A DNA stretch of 64,000 bases. It comes from Marinicrinis sediminis (GTDB lineage Bacteria; Bacillota; Bacilli; Paenibacillales; KCTC-33676). The notes beneath the pieces are model-generated. The model was not told the DNA's origin and did not search any database. It saw nothing but the letters and a program-made list of their open reading frames with translations. Every line of letters begins with the position of its first letter. The stretch's first letter is position 1. Positions 19,471-28,729 of this stretch are shown one piece after another. The position numbers were made by a program, and so were the translations under genes. The DNA is taken from assembly GCF_042685085.1 (NCBI RefSeq), contig NZ_JBHUMM010000007.1, positions 177,846-241,845 on the forward strand, in the 5' to 3' direction.

Positions 19471-20349
19471 TTATGCTTCATACCTGCGCGCATTTCCCCG
19501 AAACACTTCACGCACATGCCATTCCAGGTACAGATCTCCAGGTGCATACTCAGATCGAACCGGCTCCATGATGGCTTTTCCATGATAACGAAGAAGCCAC
19601 TCTTCAAAACCTCGGGTACCGTGCGCTTCCTCCGACACCCATAACCGATGTTGGTCTGTCACTGTAAATACACCGCGATCAAACAGTTTATGATGAAGCG
19701 AGCATAGTGCAAGACCGTTCTCTTCCCTGTCCGGTCCTCCCGATTGATGCCAGCGGATATGTGCCGCTTCCACGCCAACAAGTTGATGTCCCAGTCGCAC
19801 ATGAAACCCGCATACCGCGCAGGAATAAGCATACGCTCGAAGCACCCGCTCTCGAAATTTTGGATCTCGTGCCTTCTTCCGATAAGTATGGACGTGAAGG
19901 GCTAGACCGACAGCCTGTAAAATGTCTTCATGGATACTTTCAGGAAAATGATCCTCCAAAATATAGATAGCAGACTGACTAATCAGGGCCGGGTCTTGCT
20001 GCAACAACTCTTCAACCTCTGGCGTAAACTGTCCCTTGATGCCCTGATTTCGCAGTTGTTTATCCGTGAAGCTACTCCGATCCACTGTAGCACTAAGTTC
20101 CCAAATCCCATCCGTCGCAAGCCGAACAAAAGGCTCCTCAGGGTGATAGGAACGTCTTGGGGGGCCAAATTCTTTGAGCAATTGAGTCAGGGGCCCCTTT
20201 GCCTCTTCATAGGATACGACGATATTCTCTCCGCGTTGAAATCTGCCCAGTGCATAAAGGATGAACAGTGGCTTATGAGGAGCTCGCTGCCCATGTTTTT
20301 TCCATATCGATAAGTGTGACAGACGCCGCAACCATTCGTGTTTATCCAT
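19471..20349 (-). CDS. HNH endonuclease-family protein (predicted restriction-endonuclease-like, COG3440-type)
   Basis: 292 aa. C-terminal HNH (CAVCGFHVRLGHQLVGVEAAHIRWHQSGGPDREENGLALCSLHHKLFDRGVF). The N-terminal ~150 aa is a separate domain (QRAPHKPLFILYALGRFQRGE...). The gene lies 37 nt upstream of the helicase gene on the same strand. Confidence 0.7.
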   Translation of the reverse strand: MDKHEWLRRLSHLSIWKKHGQRAPHKPLFILYALGRFQRGENIVVSYEEAKGPLTQLLKEFGPPRRSYHPEEPFVRLATDGIWELSATVDRSSFTDKQLRNQGIKGQFTPEVEELLQQDPALISQSAIYILEDHFPESIHEDILQAVGLALHVHTYRKKARDPKFRERVLRAYAYSCAVCGFHVRLGHQLVGVEAAHIRWHQSGGPDREENGLALCSLHHKLFDRGVFTVTDQHRLWVSEEAHGTRGFEEWLLRYHGKAIMEPVRSEYAPGDLYLEWHVREVFRGNARRYEA

Positions 20350-20455
20350 GTTAATCCACTCAGCTGGAATTCAGTTCATTCAACCTACAACTGCATTCGC
20401 CATATCTTCCTCTATTTCCTTCTGCATCCATCATCCAGGCGGGTTATTCGATCCT

Positions 20456-21472
20456 TTACATGATGACATATACCATAAACGCGGCATATCCGATCACGAG
20501 CAAGATCCCTTCGATTCGTCCAACTTTGTACTGGGTTCTGGATACGATCAACAGCAGCAGCGTGAGAAAGATCAGCATCCACACATCGGTTCCGATCTTC
20601 GCCTCAGGCTCCATAGGTGTGATCATAGAGGAGACGCCGACGACGAATAAGAGGTTGAATATATTGCTCCCAACCACATTGCCTACCGCGATTTCATTCT
20701 GTTTCTTAAGCGCAGCGGCCACTGATGTCACCAGCTCCGGCAAGGAGGTACCCAGAGCGACGATGGTCAGGCCAACCATCGTTTGGGTCATACCTAATTC
20801 CAGGGCAATGGTCGTACTGTTCGTCACAACCAGCTGCCCACCGAAAATAATGGCAGCCAGTCCGACCACGCTGATCAGGGTATATTTCATCCAGGATGCC
20901 TTGGTTCCGGTCTCTTGCTCAACCGTATTGGCTTCACGGCTGTTCTTTGCCGCTTCGAAGATGTAATACATGAAGATGCTAAACAAGAGCAGCAACAGAA
21001 TCCCGTCTCCACGGGTAATGACATTGACATCGTGACCTTGCAGGGTTCTATCGCTAATCATGACAAGCAGAGCGGTCGTAGCCAGCAAAGTGAAGGGGAT
21101 CTCTTTCCTGATGGTCTCACTTTCCACCCGAATGGCCATGATGATTGCGGTCACGCCAATAACCAGGGTCGTGTTGAACACATTACTGCCAATCACATTC
21201 CCGAGTGACATCCCCGCATTTCCCTCAATCGCAGCCATAATACTCACCATTGCTTCAGGCGAACCGGTACCAAAAGCCACAATAGTAAGACCGATGAGAA
21301 TAGGAGGGACACGGAGAAACGCTGCAATTTTCGATGAACCGTCCACAAAATAATTGGCTCCAGCAATAAGCAAAATGAATCCGGCACTCAACCATATGTA
21401 TGCCATTCGATTCGTATAGCCTCCTCGCTCCTGTTTTTCATACCTTTTCCGAATTTCATCAAGCTGATACAA
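20456..21472 (-). CDS. Na+/Ca2+ exchanger (CaCA/YrbG family)
   Basis: 338 aa with two internal alpha-repeat halves (GSPEAMVSIMAA.. / GTSLPELVTSVAA). Confidence 0.85.
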   Translation of the reverse strand: MYQLDEIRKRYEKQERGGYTNRMAYIWLSAGFILLIAGANYFVDGSSKIAAFLRVPPILIGLTIVAFGTGSPEAMVSIMAAIEGNAGMSLGNVIGSNVFNTTLVIGVTAIIMAIRVESETIRKEIPFTLLATTALLVMISDRTLQGHDVNVITRGDGILLLLLFSIFMYYIFEAAKNSREANTVEQETGTKASWMKYTLISVVGLAAIIFGGQLVVTNSTTIALELGMTQTMVGLTIVALGTSLPELVTSVAAALKKQNEIAVGNVVGSNIFNLLFVVGVSSMITPMEPEAKIGTDVWMLIFLTLLLLIVSRTQYKVGRIEGILLVIGYAAFMVYVIM

Positions 21473-21619
21473 AGGTTCAGAAGGAAATGATCATTTGTAT
21501 GGTTTTATTCAGTATAACAAAAAAAGCACTTCGCTTATGAAGTGCTTACGTCGTTCATTTCAGTCCGTTTCACATTTTATATTACACGATTCACACTGCA
21601 TGGAAGGAAAGCATGCATG

Positions 21620-21976
21620 CTAGGTATACCAGGTATAGCCCTCTGCCTCCAGTCTCTCCTTCCATATCTCAAGCAGTAGTTCCAGTTCGGCTGAGTAATC
21701 TTCCTTGGTTTCGTCCTTGTCATACTCCAGCTTTTCCAGGATCACGATTTCGATTCCATCTTCTCCATATGTTGACCAATCCTGCTGCAAAGCCTGGTTA
21801 GGGTGCAGGTTCATTCCTAGGGTAAACGTTAATCTGTTTATCTTTCCCTTCAGGTTGGCTGATGCCTCAATGAATGCACGCTTCTCCGTCTTGGGACGGA
21901 TCATGTACACCCCCATATCCGGCTTCATGTTTTTATATTGCATCTGCAATTCCTTACGTCGATCCATGGTCCTCAC
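21620..21976 (-). CDS. Small hypothetical protein with a weak GIY-YIG-like N-terminal motif
   Basis: 118 aa. GVYMIRPKTEKRAFIEASANLKGKINR loosely fits GIY...YIG...R spacing. The C-terminus is acidic. The call is uncertain. Confidence 0.35.
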   Translation of the reverse strand: MRTMDRRKELQMQYKNMKPDMGVYMIRPKTEKRAFIEASANLKGKINRLTFTLGMNLHPNQALQQDWSTYGEDGIEIVILEKLEYDKDETKEDYSAELELLLEIWKERLEAEGYTWYT

Positions 21977-22001
21977 TCCTCTTCCTTCTTCACTTACCCG
22001 A

Positions 22002-22481
22002 TCAATAGCCCATTTCCCTTAAAATACCGGATAAGATGCGCAGACGTTCTGCAATAATTTCTCCATCCTCACTGAGCGCCTGATTAAACAACTGGATGTC
22101 CGATAAGATCTGTTCATTTTCTGTACAAACGGCTACATTCATCGCATCCCCTTGTAAACCCACCCGATCGATCGCCGGTTGCTCCGGATCATACAAGTTG
22201 TCATAGCGATAGGCCTCACGAAAATGTTGCAGGGTGCGACTGATTAAAATGGTCAGATCCAATACGCGATGCAACGGCAGTTCCTCAGACTGTCTGGACC
22301 ACTTTCCACCTGTATGACGCCATACCTTCGCAGAAATATCTACTCTTCCACGGTCATTCCACTGTGCCAGTCCAAGTGACAGGCCTTTGGCATCCGAATC
22401 CTGCGAGAATCGGCCATCTACTTTCTCATAGTCCTCCGATACGATCACAGGTTTATGCTTGAGGTTTGTTGGAATTTTCAT
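22002..22481 (-). CDS. Hypothetical protein
   Basis: 159-aa ORF with no recognisable motif. Same strand as, and downstream of, the small gene above. Confidence 0.45.
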   Translation of the reverse strand: MKIPTNLKHKPVIVSEDYEKVDGRFSQDSDAKGLSLGLAQWNDRGRVDISAKVWRHTGGKWSRQSEELPLHRVLDLTILISRTLQHFREAYRYDNLYDPEQPAIDRVGLQGDAMNVAVCTENEQILSDIQLFNQALSEDGEIIAERLRILSGILREMGY

Positions 22482-22595
22482 GAACTAATCGCCACCTTTT
22501 TATTTTAGTTGTTTACTCATTTACTAAATGACTAGATTCAGTGATCCCTTGGTCACATGCATTCCATGATCCTCAGATCACATGGTCCATTGATT

Positions 22596-22668
22596 CACCG
22601 GTTTTTGAGCTGGTCATCTTTCACTTACTCATTTACTAATTTACTAATTTACTAATTTACTAAATTCA
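22596..22668. repeat. Short tandem repeat (ATTTACTAA-like 8-9-mer, about 5 copies)
   Basis: TCACTTACTCATTTACTAATTTACTAATTTACTAATTTACTAAATTC. A related copy GTTTACTCATTTACTAAATGACTAG lies at 22511-22535. Confidence 0.8.
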
Positions 22669-22728
22669 ATTATATACATTCTACACTCCTGTATGGAACG
22701 ATGTCAACTTCCCCCTGATACCTCTATG

Positions 22729-23148
22729 TCATACAAGCATTATGACCAAAATAGAAAGGCCGATAAATAGACAGAGTGGCGTGAACAGATTGGTATCCCA
22801 CTTGGCAAACAGGGTGCCGTGCTGTTTTTTAAACAATCCCATGAATTTTCCGTCACCTATCGCACGAAGAAGAAACAAAAGCACCAGCAGCCAACCTCCG
22901 TACACATGAAGCCTTTCTGGAATCCAAAGCGCGTCTTCCCTCTTTCCGAGTTCCAGCACAAATACACTGGCAAGCAGCAATCCGACCGCTACTGCACCCG
23001 TCGCCATTTTTCCAGGACGAAAGAGAGGGGTTGTATCCTGACTGGGGATGGCCGCTGCTACCCCACGTGTACCTCCACACAGCCAATAAACATGTACCAA
23101 ACCAAGCAAACCTAATAATCCACTTATCGTCCAGGTCCATATCATCAT
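22729..23148 (-). CDS. Small integral membrane protein (4 TM)
   Basis: 139 aa, hydrophobic, no catalytic motifs. Confidence 0.5.
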   Translation of the reverse strand: MMIWTWTISGLLGLLGLVHVYWLCGGTRGVAAAIPSQDTTPLFRPGKMATGAVAVGLLLASVFVLELGKREDALWIPERLHVYGGWLLVLLFLLRAIGDGKFMGLFKKQHGTLFAKWDTNLFTPLCLFIGLSILVIMLV

Positions 23149-23164
23149 CGTTGATTTCCTCCTG

Positions 23165-23330
23165 TGGCTTCTGTCATGTTACTTATTTCTCTCTTCTCTA
23201 TGATCTCTATCTTCATTATCTTCTCTAGCTTCTTGAACTTCACTATCTTCTATGTATTTTTTGTGTCTTTGTATTCACTATCTTCTCTGTGTTCACTATC
23301 TTCTCTATTAGTCTATCGCTGCTGGGCATA
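23165..23330. repeat. CT-rich low-complexity region with reiterated CACTATCTTCTCT-like units
   Basis: Direct inspection shows tatcttctct / cactatcttctat / cactatcttctctgtgttcactatcttctctatt repeats. Non-coding. Confidence 0.6.
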
Positions 23331-23655
23331 GCGCCCTCTCGCGCCTATCCTCTAGGCGAACCTTTCCGCTTCCCGTCAGTTCAGCGGAACATGGATTCGA
23401 TTGGCAATCTGCCTGCATTTAGTATAGCGGATAATGCCTTGCCTTGTCCAAGCATTTGACACGATGAAGCTACAGCACGCTTTTCCTCGGTCAGGATCAT
23501 ACGCACTTCGACTCTGACTGACAACATCTCTTATATTTCGCTATGGAGAGGTCATGTAAAATATGGTAACATTAGCAAAGATCATCAACTAAAGGAGGAA
23601 TAGACTTTTGCCGGGTTCATCCCGGTGCACGAAGAAAAAATGAAAATGAGGTGAA

Positions 23656-24813
23656 ATGATGAAGAATATCGCCCTGTATCCATTCAACAAAATTACGAAG
23701 GGTTTGATCAAATTCAGAGATTTGATCGATGCACGAATTGGTGCGGTCATCGACTTTACGATTGATTCTCGCGATCATGTGGAATGGAAACTATTACAAG
23801 AAGATAGTCTTGGTATTTTCCTTACGAACAATCTGGAGGAAGGACTGGAAGGGATCGATACCCTGATTTTGAATGATACGGGTACCCCTTTTGGCAATAG
23901 CCAATCTGCCTATCAGAAATTTGACCTGACCCAGATGTGGAGAAAGCTGGTCCTATACGCTGCCCATCGCGGCATTACCGTCATCAGCGTGCATGAAATT
24001 ACGGATGCGGATACCCGGCGCTGGCTGCAAGCACATGATATTGAACTGCATGTGGATCAGCAACTGAATGCAGACATGTTAAGTGAAATGAGCCAACATT
24101 ATAACCTGCAGGATGATACAGAAATCGGTACCTATCTCAAACACTTTGAGCTTGATCAACGACTGCTGGACAGCTCCCCTTCCATTTTAAAAGTAGCCAT
24201 TTTCGCAACGAGAGGTTGTTTAGGCAAATTCACGACCCAGATGAGCATATACCGGGAATTAACCCACAGGGGCAGGGCGACTACCGCGATTATCACGGAA
24301 CCGACTGCCTTTTTATTTCAGCAGCCCGGAGCAGATATTATGAAGTTTCTGTCTCAGCAAACCCTGGCCCAATACCCCTACTACATTCATGCACTCGTGC
24401 AAAAAGCCGAGCAAGCCGGAGCGGAGATTGTCCTGATGGCCGGACAGGGATCGTTGCTGCCAAACCATAACTTTATCATTGCTTCTACCAAACTCGCATA
24501 TCTGAGTGCCTATCAGCCGGATGTTACCTTGCTTGTCGTTGGCTATGATGACGACGATCGAATACAAGATTGCCTCGACGTGTTGCGAATCTATGGCAAT
24601 CAGAAAAAACCGCACAGGCTGCTGCTGCCTAATCGAATTGAAATTGGATTCGGGGAGTACGATATCCGATCTGAGGCAGAAATGAACGAACGGAAACAGG
24701 AACTTGAACGCAAATTCAATATAGAGGTGGAATTTGTCCTGCATGCAGACAAGGTTGTCGATGAGATGGAGGCATTAATCGATGAAAAAAAGATCACGGT
24801 CTCCGTTTCATAG
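23656..24813 (+). CDS. Uncharacterised-family protein, paralog A (tentatively DUF1611/DgcN-like; Rossmann-like N-terminal domain plus degenerate P-loop-like C-terminal domain)
   Basis: 385 aa. GAGGTG RBS. Conserved blocks shared with the downstream paralog: ALYPFNKITKGLIKFRDL, IFATRGCLGKFTTQMSIYRELTHRGR, ITEPTAFLFQQPGADIMKFL. Confidence 0.7.
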   Translation: MMKNIALYPFNKITKGLIKFRDLIDARIGAVIDFTIDSRDHVEWKLLQEDSLGIFLTNNLEEGLEGIDTLILNDTGTPFGNSQSAYQKFDLTQMWRKLVLYAAHRGITVISVHEITDADTRRWLQAHDIELHVDQQLNADMLSEMSQHYNLQDDTEIGTYLKHFELDQRLLDSSPSILKVAIFATRGCLGKFTTQMSIYRELTHRGRATTAIITEPTAFLFQQPGADIMKFLSQQTLAQYPYYIHALVQKAEQAGAEIVLMAGQGSLLPNHNFIIASTKLAYLSAYQPDVTLLVVGYDDDDRIQDCLDVLRIYGNQKKPHRLLLPNRIEIGFGEYDIRSEAEMNERKQELERKFNIEVEFVLHADKVVDEMEALIDEKKITVSVS

Positions 24814-24879
24814 CGATTTCCATGCGATCGTCTGCGCTCACATGACAATGCCGTCACCTAATTCAGGAAAAAGAGGTGA

Positions 24880-26025
24880 ATGCAAGGGATGTTGAATCAG
24901 GTTGCCTTGTACCCGTTTGATAAAATTACGCGTGGTCTCATCCGGTTTCGCGATTTGTTGCAGGTCGAGATTCGTTCCGTTATCGATTTTACATGTGACC
25001 ACACAGAGGATATTGGATCACGGCTAGGCGGTGAAACGACCGGCATTCCGATGACGAACGACATCGAAAAAGGCTTACAGCAAGTCGATATCCTGATTGT
25101 AAATGATCTGGGGAACAACCCTTTTGCCGATCCTGCCCATAACCTGGCGGAAAAATGGCGAACACTCGTCAAATGTGCGTATGAAAAAGGCATAACCATC
25201 ATCAGCCTGCATGAGATTGTGGAACCGGGAACGAAGCAATGGCTGCGTGCCCATGAGATTTCCCTTCAATTTGATGACCAGCTGGATCATGAGCTGCTGG
25301 CGGATATGGACATGCATCCTCTGCGTGGCAAGACAGAACTGGAAAGGTACTTTCGGCATTTGGAAGCGGATCATACGGGTTACACCTCGTCTCCTTCTTC
25401 CCTGCGTGTCGGAATTTTTGCCACCCGAGGTTGTTTGGGCAAATTCACGACTCAGATGAGTCTGTTTCGCCAATTGAAAAAAAGAGGAAGATCCGCTACC
25501 TCTATCATTACAGAACCGACCGCCTTTCTGTTCCAGCAGCCGAGTGCAGATATTTTCAAGTTCTTGGCTACCCAGACCATAGACCAATATCCCTATTATA
25601 TTCAAACCGTTGCGAAAAAAGCTGAGCAAGCCGGTTCGCCATATATTCTACTGGCCGGACAGGGCGCGCTGCTGCCTCACCATGACTTCCTGATTACCTC
25701 TAATCAGGTTGCTTATCTGAAAGCTTTCGATCCAGACGCCATATTGCTAGTGGTCGAATATGAGGATGATCAGAAAATTCGGGACAGTCTCGATTTCTTG
25801 CGTATATATGGCTATGAAAAGCCGATTCAACTGCTTCTTCCTGATCGAATGGAAACCGGTTTATCTGAGATTGTCTTTAAGACCCCCGCAGAGATGGCGC
25901 AGCGAAAACAGCAATTGGAAAGCCAGTTTGACATTCCCGTCGTTTATATCAAGCAGCCGGATCAAATAGCAGACCGTCTGGAACAATTGCGGGAACAGAA
26001 AGAACATGCCGCTGTCATGCTCTAG
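24880..26025 (+). CDS. Uncharacterised-family protein, paralog B of the upstream gene
   Basis: 381 aa. About 50-60% identical to paralog A by eye (ALYPFDKITRGLIRFRDL, IFATRGCLGKFTTQMSLFRQLKKRGR, ITEPTAFLFQQPSADIFKFL). The start may be the ATG at 24889. Confidence 0.7.
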   Translation: MQGMLNQVALYPFDKITRGLIRFRDLLQVEIRSVIDFTCDHTEDIGSRLGGETTGIPMTNDIEKGLQQVDILIVNDLGNNPFADPAHNLAEKWRTLVKCAYEKGITIISLHEIVEPGTKQWLRAHEISLQFDDQLDHELLADMDMHPLRGKTELERYFRHLEADHTGYTSSPSSLRVGIFATRGCLGKFTTQMSLFRQLKKRGRSATSIITEPTAFLFQQPSADIFKFLATQTIDQYPYYIQTVAKKAEQAGSPYILLAGQGALLPHHDFLITSNQVAYLKAFDPDAILLVVEYEDDQKIRDSLDFLRIYGYEKPIQLLLPDRMETGLSEIVFKTPAEMAQRKQQLESQFDIPVVYIKQPDQIADRLEQLREQKEHAAVML

Positions 26026-26104
26026 GAGCGTACAAGTTGCGATCTTGCCATGTATCGATTCGCACATCTCATGAAGGGATAGGAGAAGGAAGAGGTGAAG
26101 ATGA

Positions 26105-27322
26105 ATGTCTTTTATGACCTTGTACAGGGATATTATTGAGCCTGACTTATGCACATCTTGCGGTTTATGTGAAGCAGTCTGTCCGAAAGACGTGGTAGGC
26201 TTTCATGCAACAGATTCCATTCCCCTTCCCTGGTTCAAGGGGGAGATGAATGAAGTGCTGGACGTCTGTCAGGACTGCACCCTTTGTTCAGACATTTGTC
26301 CAGGCTATGATACCGGTGTGCCGCAGACGGAAGAGCGGATGTTTGCGCGCACCCGATCGGAAGAGGAACGATGGACCGGCATCTATCGTTATGCCTGCCA
26401 ACTTACAGCGTCTTCGCCGGACATTTTGCAAAAAGCTTCGGCAGGAGGGGCTGGCACAACCCTTGCCATCACAGCCCTGACGGAAGGCTTGGCTGATGCC
26501 GTTATTGTGGTGGGCAGAGATGAGGAAGAGCCCTGGAGACCCCGTGCCTTTCTAGCGGACTCTGTCGATCAGATCATAGAGAGTGCGCAGTCCAGCTATT
26601 GCATTACCCCAAATCTGCATCTGTTAAAAGAAACTCACTATGAGAAAATCGGCTTGATCGGGGTGCCCTGCCAAATTCAGGGAATTCAAAAGTTGCTGAA
26701 CCATGGCGAGCAGGAAGCACTGAAAACACTCGCCGATCGCATTCAGTTTACGATTGAACTCGGCTGTGCTTCTAGTACCGCCATTGCAGGCACCGAGCAT
26801 ATCATTACCGATCTGCTGCATCTCTCCCTCGACGAGGTGCAAGAGATGAAGTATCGGGACGGGGGCTACCCGGGTGAATTCAAGGTCATAACGAAAGCCG
26901 GCGAAGAACACCGCCTGCCGTTCTTCAGGCTGGTCGAGGAGTTCAAGGCGCACAAGACGTTCCGCTGTCTCACGTGCCCAGACTGGTGGTCCGGTGTGGC
27001 TGACATCTCCATTTCGGACGGAGATCCCAACATATTCGAATCCAGTAAATTCGGTGGCAATCACGCTCCTTCCTCCACAGTGCTGGTGCGAACCGAGATG
27101 GGGGAACAACTCATGAACCTGGGCCTTGCAAAGGGGCATTTCACGTTAAAGGACTATACCTTTATCAACAATCTTGGCCTGGAGAGAAAGAGACAGCGTT
27201 ACCGCCACTATGAAACAAATTCAGCACGGAAAATCCCCTTGCCACCTGTACATGAATCATTTAGCGGAGATATTTTATCTGACGATGAGGTGATCGCGGT
27301 TGGAATCCGTAATAAGACATAA
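26105..27322 (+). CDS. FrhB/FdhB-like Fe-S flavoprotein (coenzyme F420 hydrogenase beta-subunit family) with an N-terminal 2x[4Fe-4S] ferredoxin domain
   Basis: 405 aa. CTSCGLCEAVCP and CQDCTLCSDICP ferredoxin motifs. FrhB-type blocks (ASAGGAGTTLAI, IGLIGVPCQIQGIQKL). Confidence 0.75.
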   Translation: MSFMTLYRDIIEPDLCTSCGLCEAVCPKDVVGFHATDSIPLPWFKGEMNEVLDVCQDCTLCSDICPGYDTGVPQTEERMFARTRSEEERWTGIYRYACQLTASSPDILQKASAGGAGTTLAITALTEGLADAVIVVGRDEEEPWRPRAFLADSVDQIIESAQSSYCITPNLHLLKETHYEKIGLIGVPCQIQGIQKLLNHGEQEALKTLADRIQFTIELGCASSTAIAGTEHIITDLLHLSLDEVQEMKYRDGGYPGEFKVITKAGEEHRLPFFRLVEEFKAHKTFRCLTCPDWWSGVADISISDGDPNIFESSKFGGNHAPSSTVLVRTEMGEQLMNLGLAKGHFTLKDYTFINNLGLERKRQRYRHYETNSARKIPLPPVHESFSGDILSDDEVIAVGIRNKT

Positions 27323-27383
27323 TACGGCATCTGTTTCCAGTTTGCCTGAACAATTTGATCTGGCTATCCGGCGAAAGCCGCTG

Positions 27384-28679
27384 ATGAGCCAAACGGTATT
27401 TGAACAGATATCGACAGACAAATCCATCTCGCAAAGAGCAATCGTATGGAGCGCACTCACAGAAGGCACTTCGAGAATCTGCGGAGTATTGCAATCGGAC
27501 GACATTTTCCACTGTATCGAGGCTTTGAAGCAGCTCGGTGTACATATCGAGTGGGATCAGGCTGATGTCATCGTGAAAGGGGTGGGGCTGACGGGATTGA
27601 AACAGCCCCGCTCTGACCTCTATATCGGAAATTCGGCGACTGCGACAAGGCTGATCATGAGCCTGATCGCAGGCAGTTCGCTGGATGTGGTCATCAGAGG
27701 AAATGCCTTGCTTTCCAGACGACCGATGGATTGGGTGGTAGAGCCGCTCCGTCAAATGGGCGCCGCGATTACGTATTTGGGCGAGGAAGGTTTTCTGCCT
27801 GTGCGAGTACAAGGGGCATTTCCGCTAAAGCCCATCCACTGGAACGCCACCGTTGCCAGTGCCCAGCAAAAATCGGCCGTATTGACAGCCGCCTTGTTTG
27901 CGAATGGGGTCACCGCTTTCCGGCAGCAATGTCAGAGCCGCAATCATACAGAACTCATGCTCCAAGACATGGGGGCTCACGTTAAGATGGTAAGCGAGCA
28001 GGTGACTGAGCTTCAAGGGTGTATGCCGCTGAAAGCGCAAGACAGGCATGTCCCGGGCGACATATCCTCTGCCGCATTTTTGATGGCTGCCTATTTGCTT
28101 CGCGGGGAGGAGATGCCGCCTCTCGTCCTGAAAAAAGTGGGGGTCAATCCGACCCGCACCGGGTTTGTGCAAGTGTTGCAGGCCATGGGAGCGGATATCA
28201 GCTATAGCGAGGAAACTTTATGGGGGAGTGAACCGGTAGCGGACCTTCATATTCAACCTGCTCGTCATCTGCAGCCTGTCCGGATCGAAGGGATGGCCTT
28301 TGTGCAAAGCTTGATTGATGAAATCCCCCTGCTTGCTGCCATCAGCACGGTAATCCATGGAGATACGACCATCATCGATTGCATGGAGTTGAAGGACAAG
28401 GATACGAATAGGATCGATACGACAGCGGATGTGCTGAGGCGATTCGGAGCGGAGCTGCGAACTTGTTCAAAGGGAATGATCATCATCGGGGGCAAGTCGT
28501 TGCAGGCGTGCCACACGCATAGCCATGGCGACCATCGCATTGCTATGACCGCCGCGATTCTGGCAAGCAGCCTGCCTGAGGCGTCGGTTATTGAGGATGC
28601 GGCATGTCTCAAAGTCTCTTATCCGACCTTTTTGGAGGATCTGGCTCATTTTGCGGATATTCGCATCATACCGAAATAA
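27384..28679 (+). CDS. EPSP-synthase-family enolpyruvyl transferase (AroA-like)
   Basis: The ORF track starts at 27300, but that is a TTG start overlapping the upstream gene. The ATG at 27384 is the likely start. EPSPS motifs: DKSISQRAIVWSALTEGTS, GNSATATRLI (GNAGTAxRxL), RRPMDWVVEPLRQMGAAI, HVPGDISSAAFLMAAYLL, DHRIAMTAAILAS. Confidence 0.75.
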   Translation: MSQTVFEQISTDKSISQRAIVWSALTEGTSRICGVLQSDDIFHCIEALKQLGVHIEWDQADVIVKGVGLTGLKQPRSDLYIGNSATATRLIMSLIAGSSLDVVIRGNALLSRRPMDWVVEPLRQMGAAITYLGEEGFLPVRVQGAFPLKPIHWNATVASAQQKSAVLTAALFANGVTAFRQQCQSRNHTELMLQDMGAHVKMVSEQVTELQGCMPLKAQDRHVPGDISSAAFLMAAYLLRGEEMPPLVLKKVGVNPTRTGFVQVLQAMGADISYSEETLWGSEPVADLHIQPARHLQPVRIEGMAFVQSLIDEIPLLAAISTVIHGDTTIIDCMELKDKDTNRIDTTADVLRRFGAELRTCSKGMIIIGGKSLQACHTHSHGDHRIAMTAAILASSLPEASVIEDAACLKVSYPTFLEDLAHFADIRIIPK

Positions 28680-28729
28680 ACTGTAAGAGGATGGTTCATC
28701 ATTTGCATGTTCATCAAAGGGAGTGAGCG

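Noticed and set aside
27300-27383. Upstream TTG start for the EPSPS-like gene as given by the ORF track.
   Set aside because: It would overlap the FrhB-like gene by 23 nt and it adds a non-conserved extension. The EPSPS N-terminal motif begins just after the ATG at 27384.
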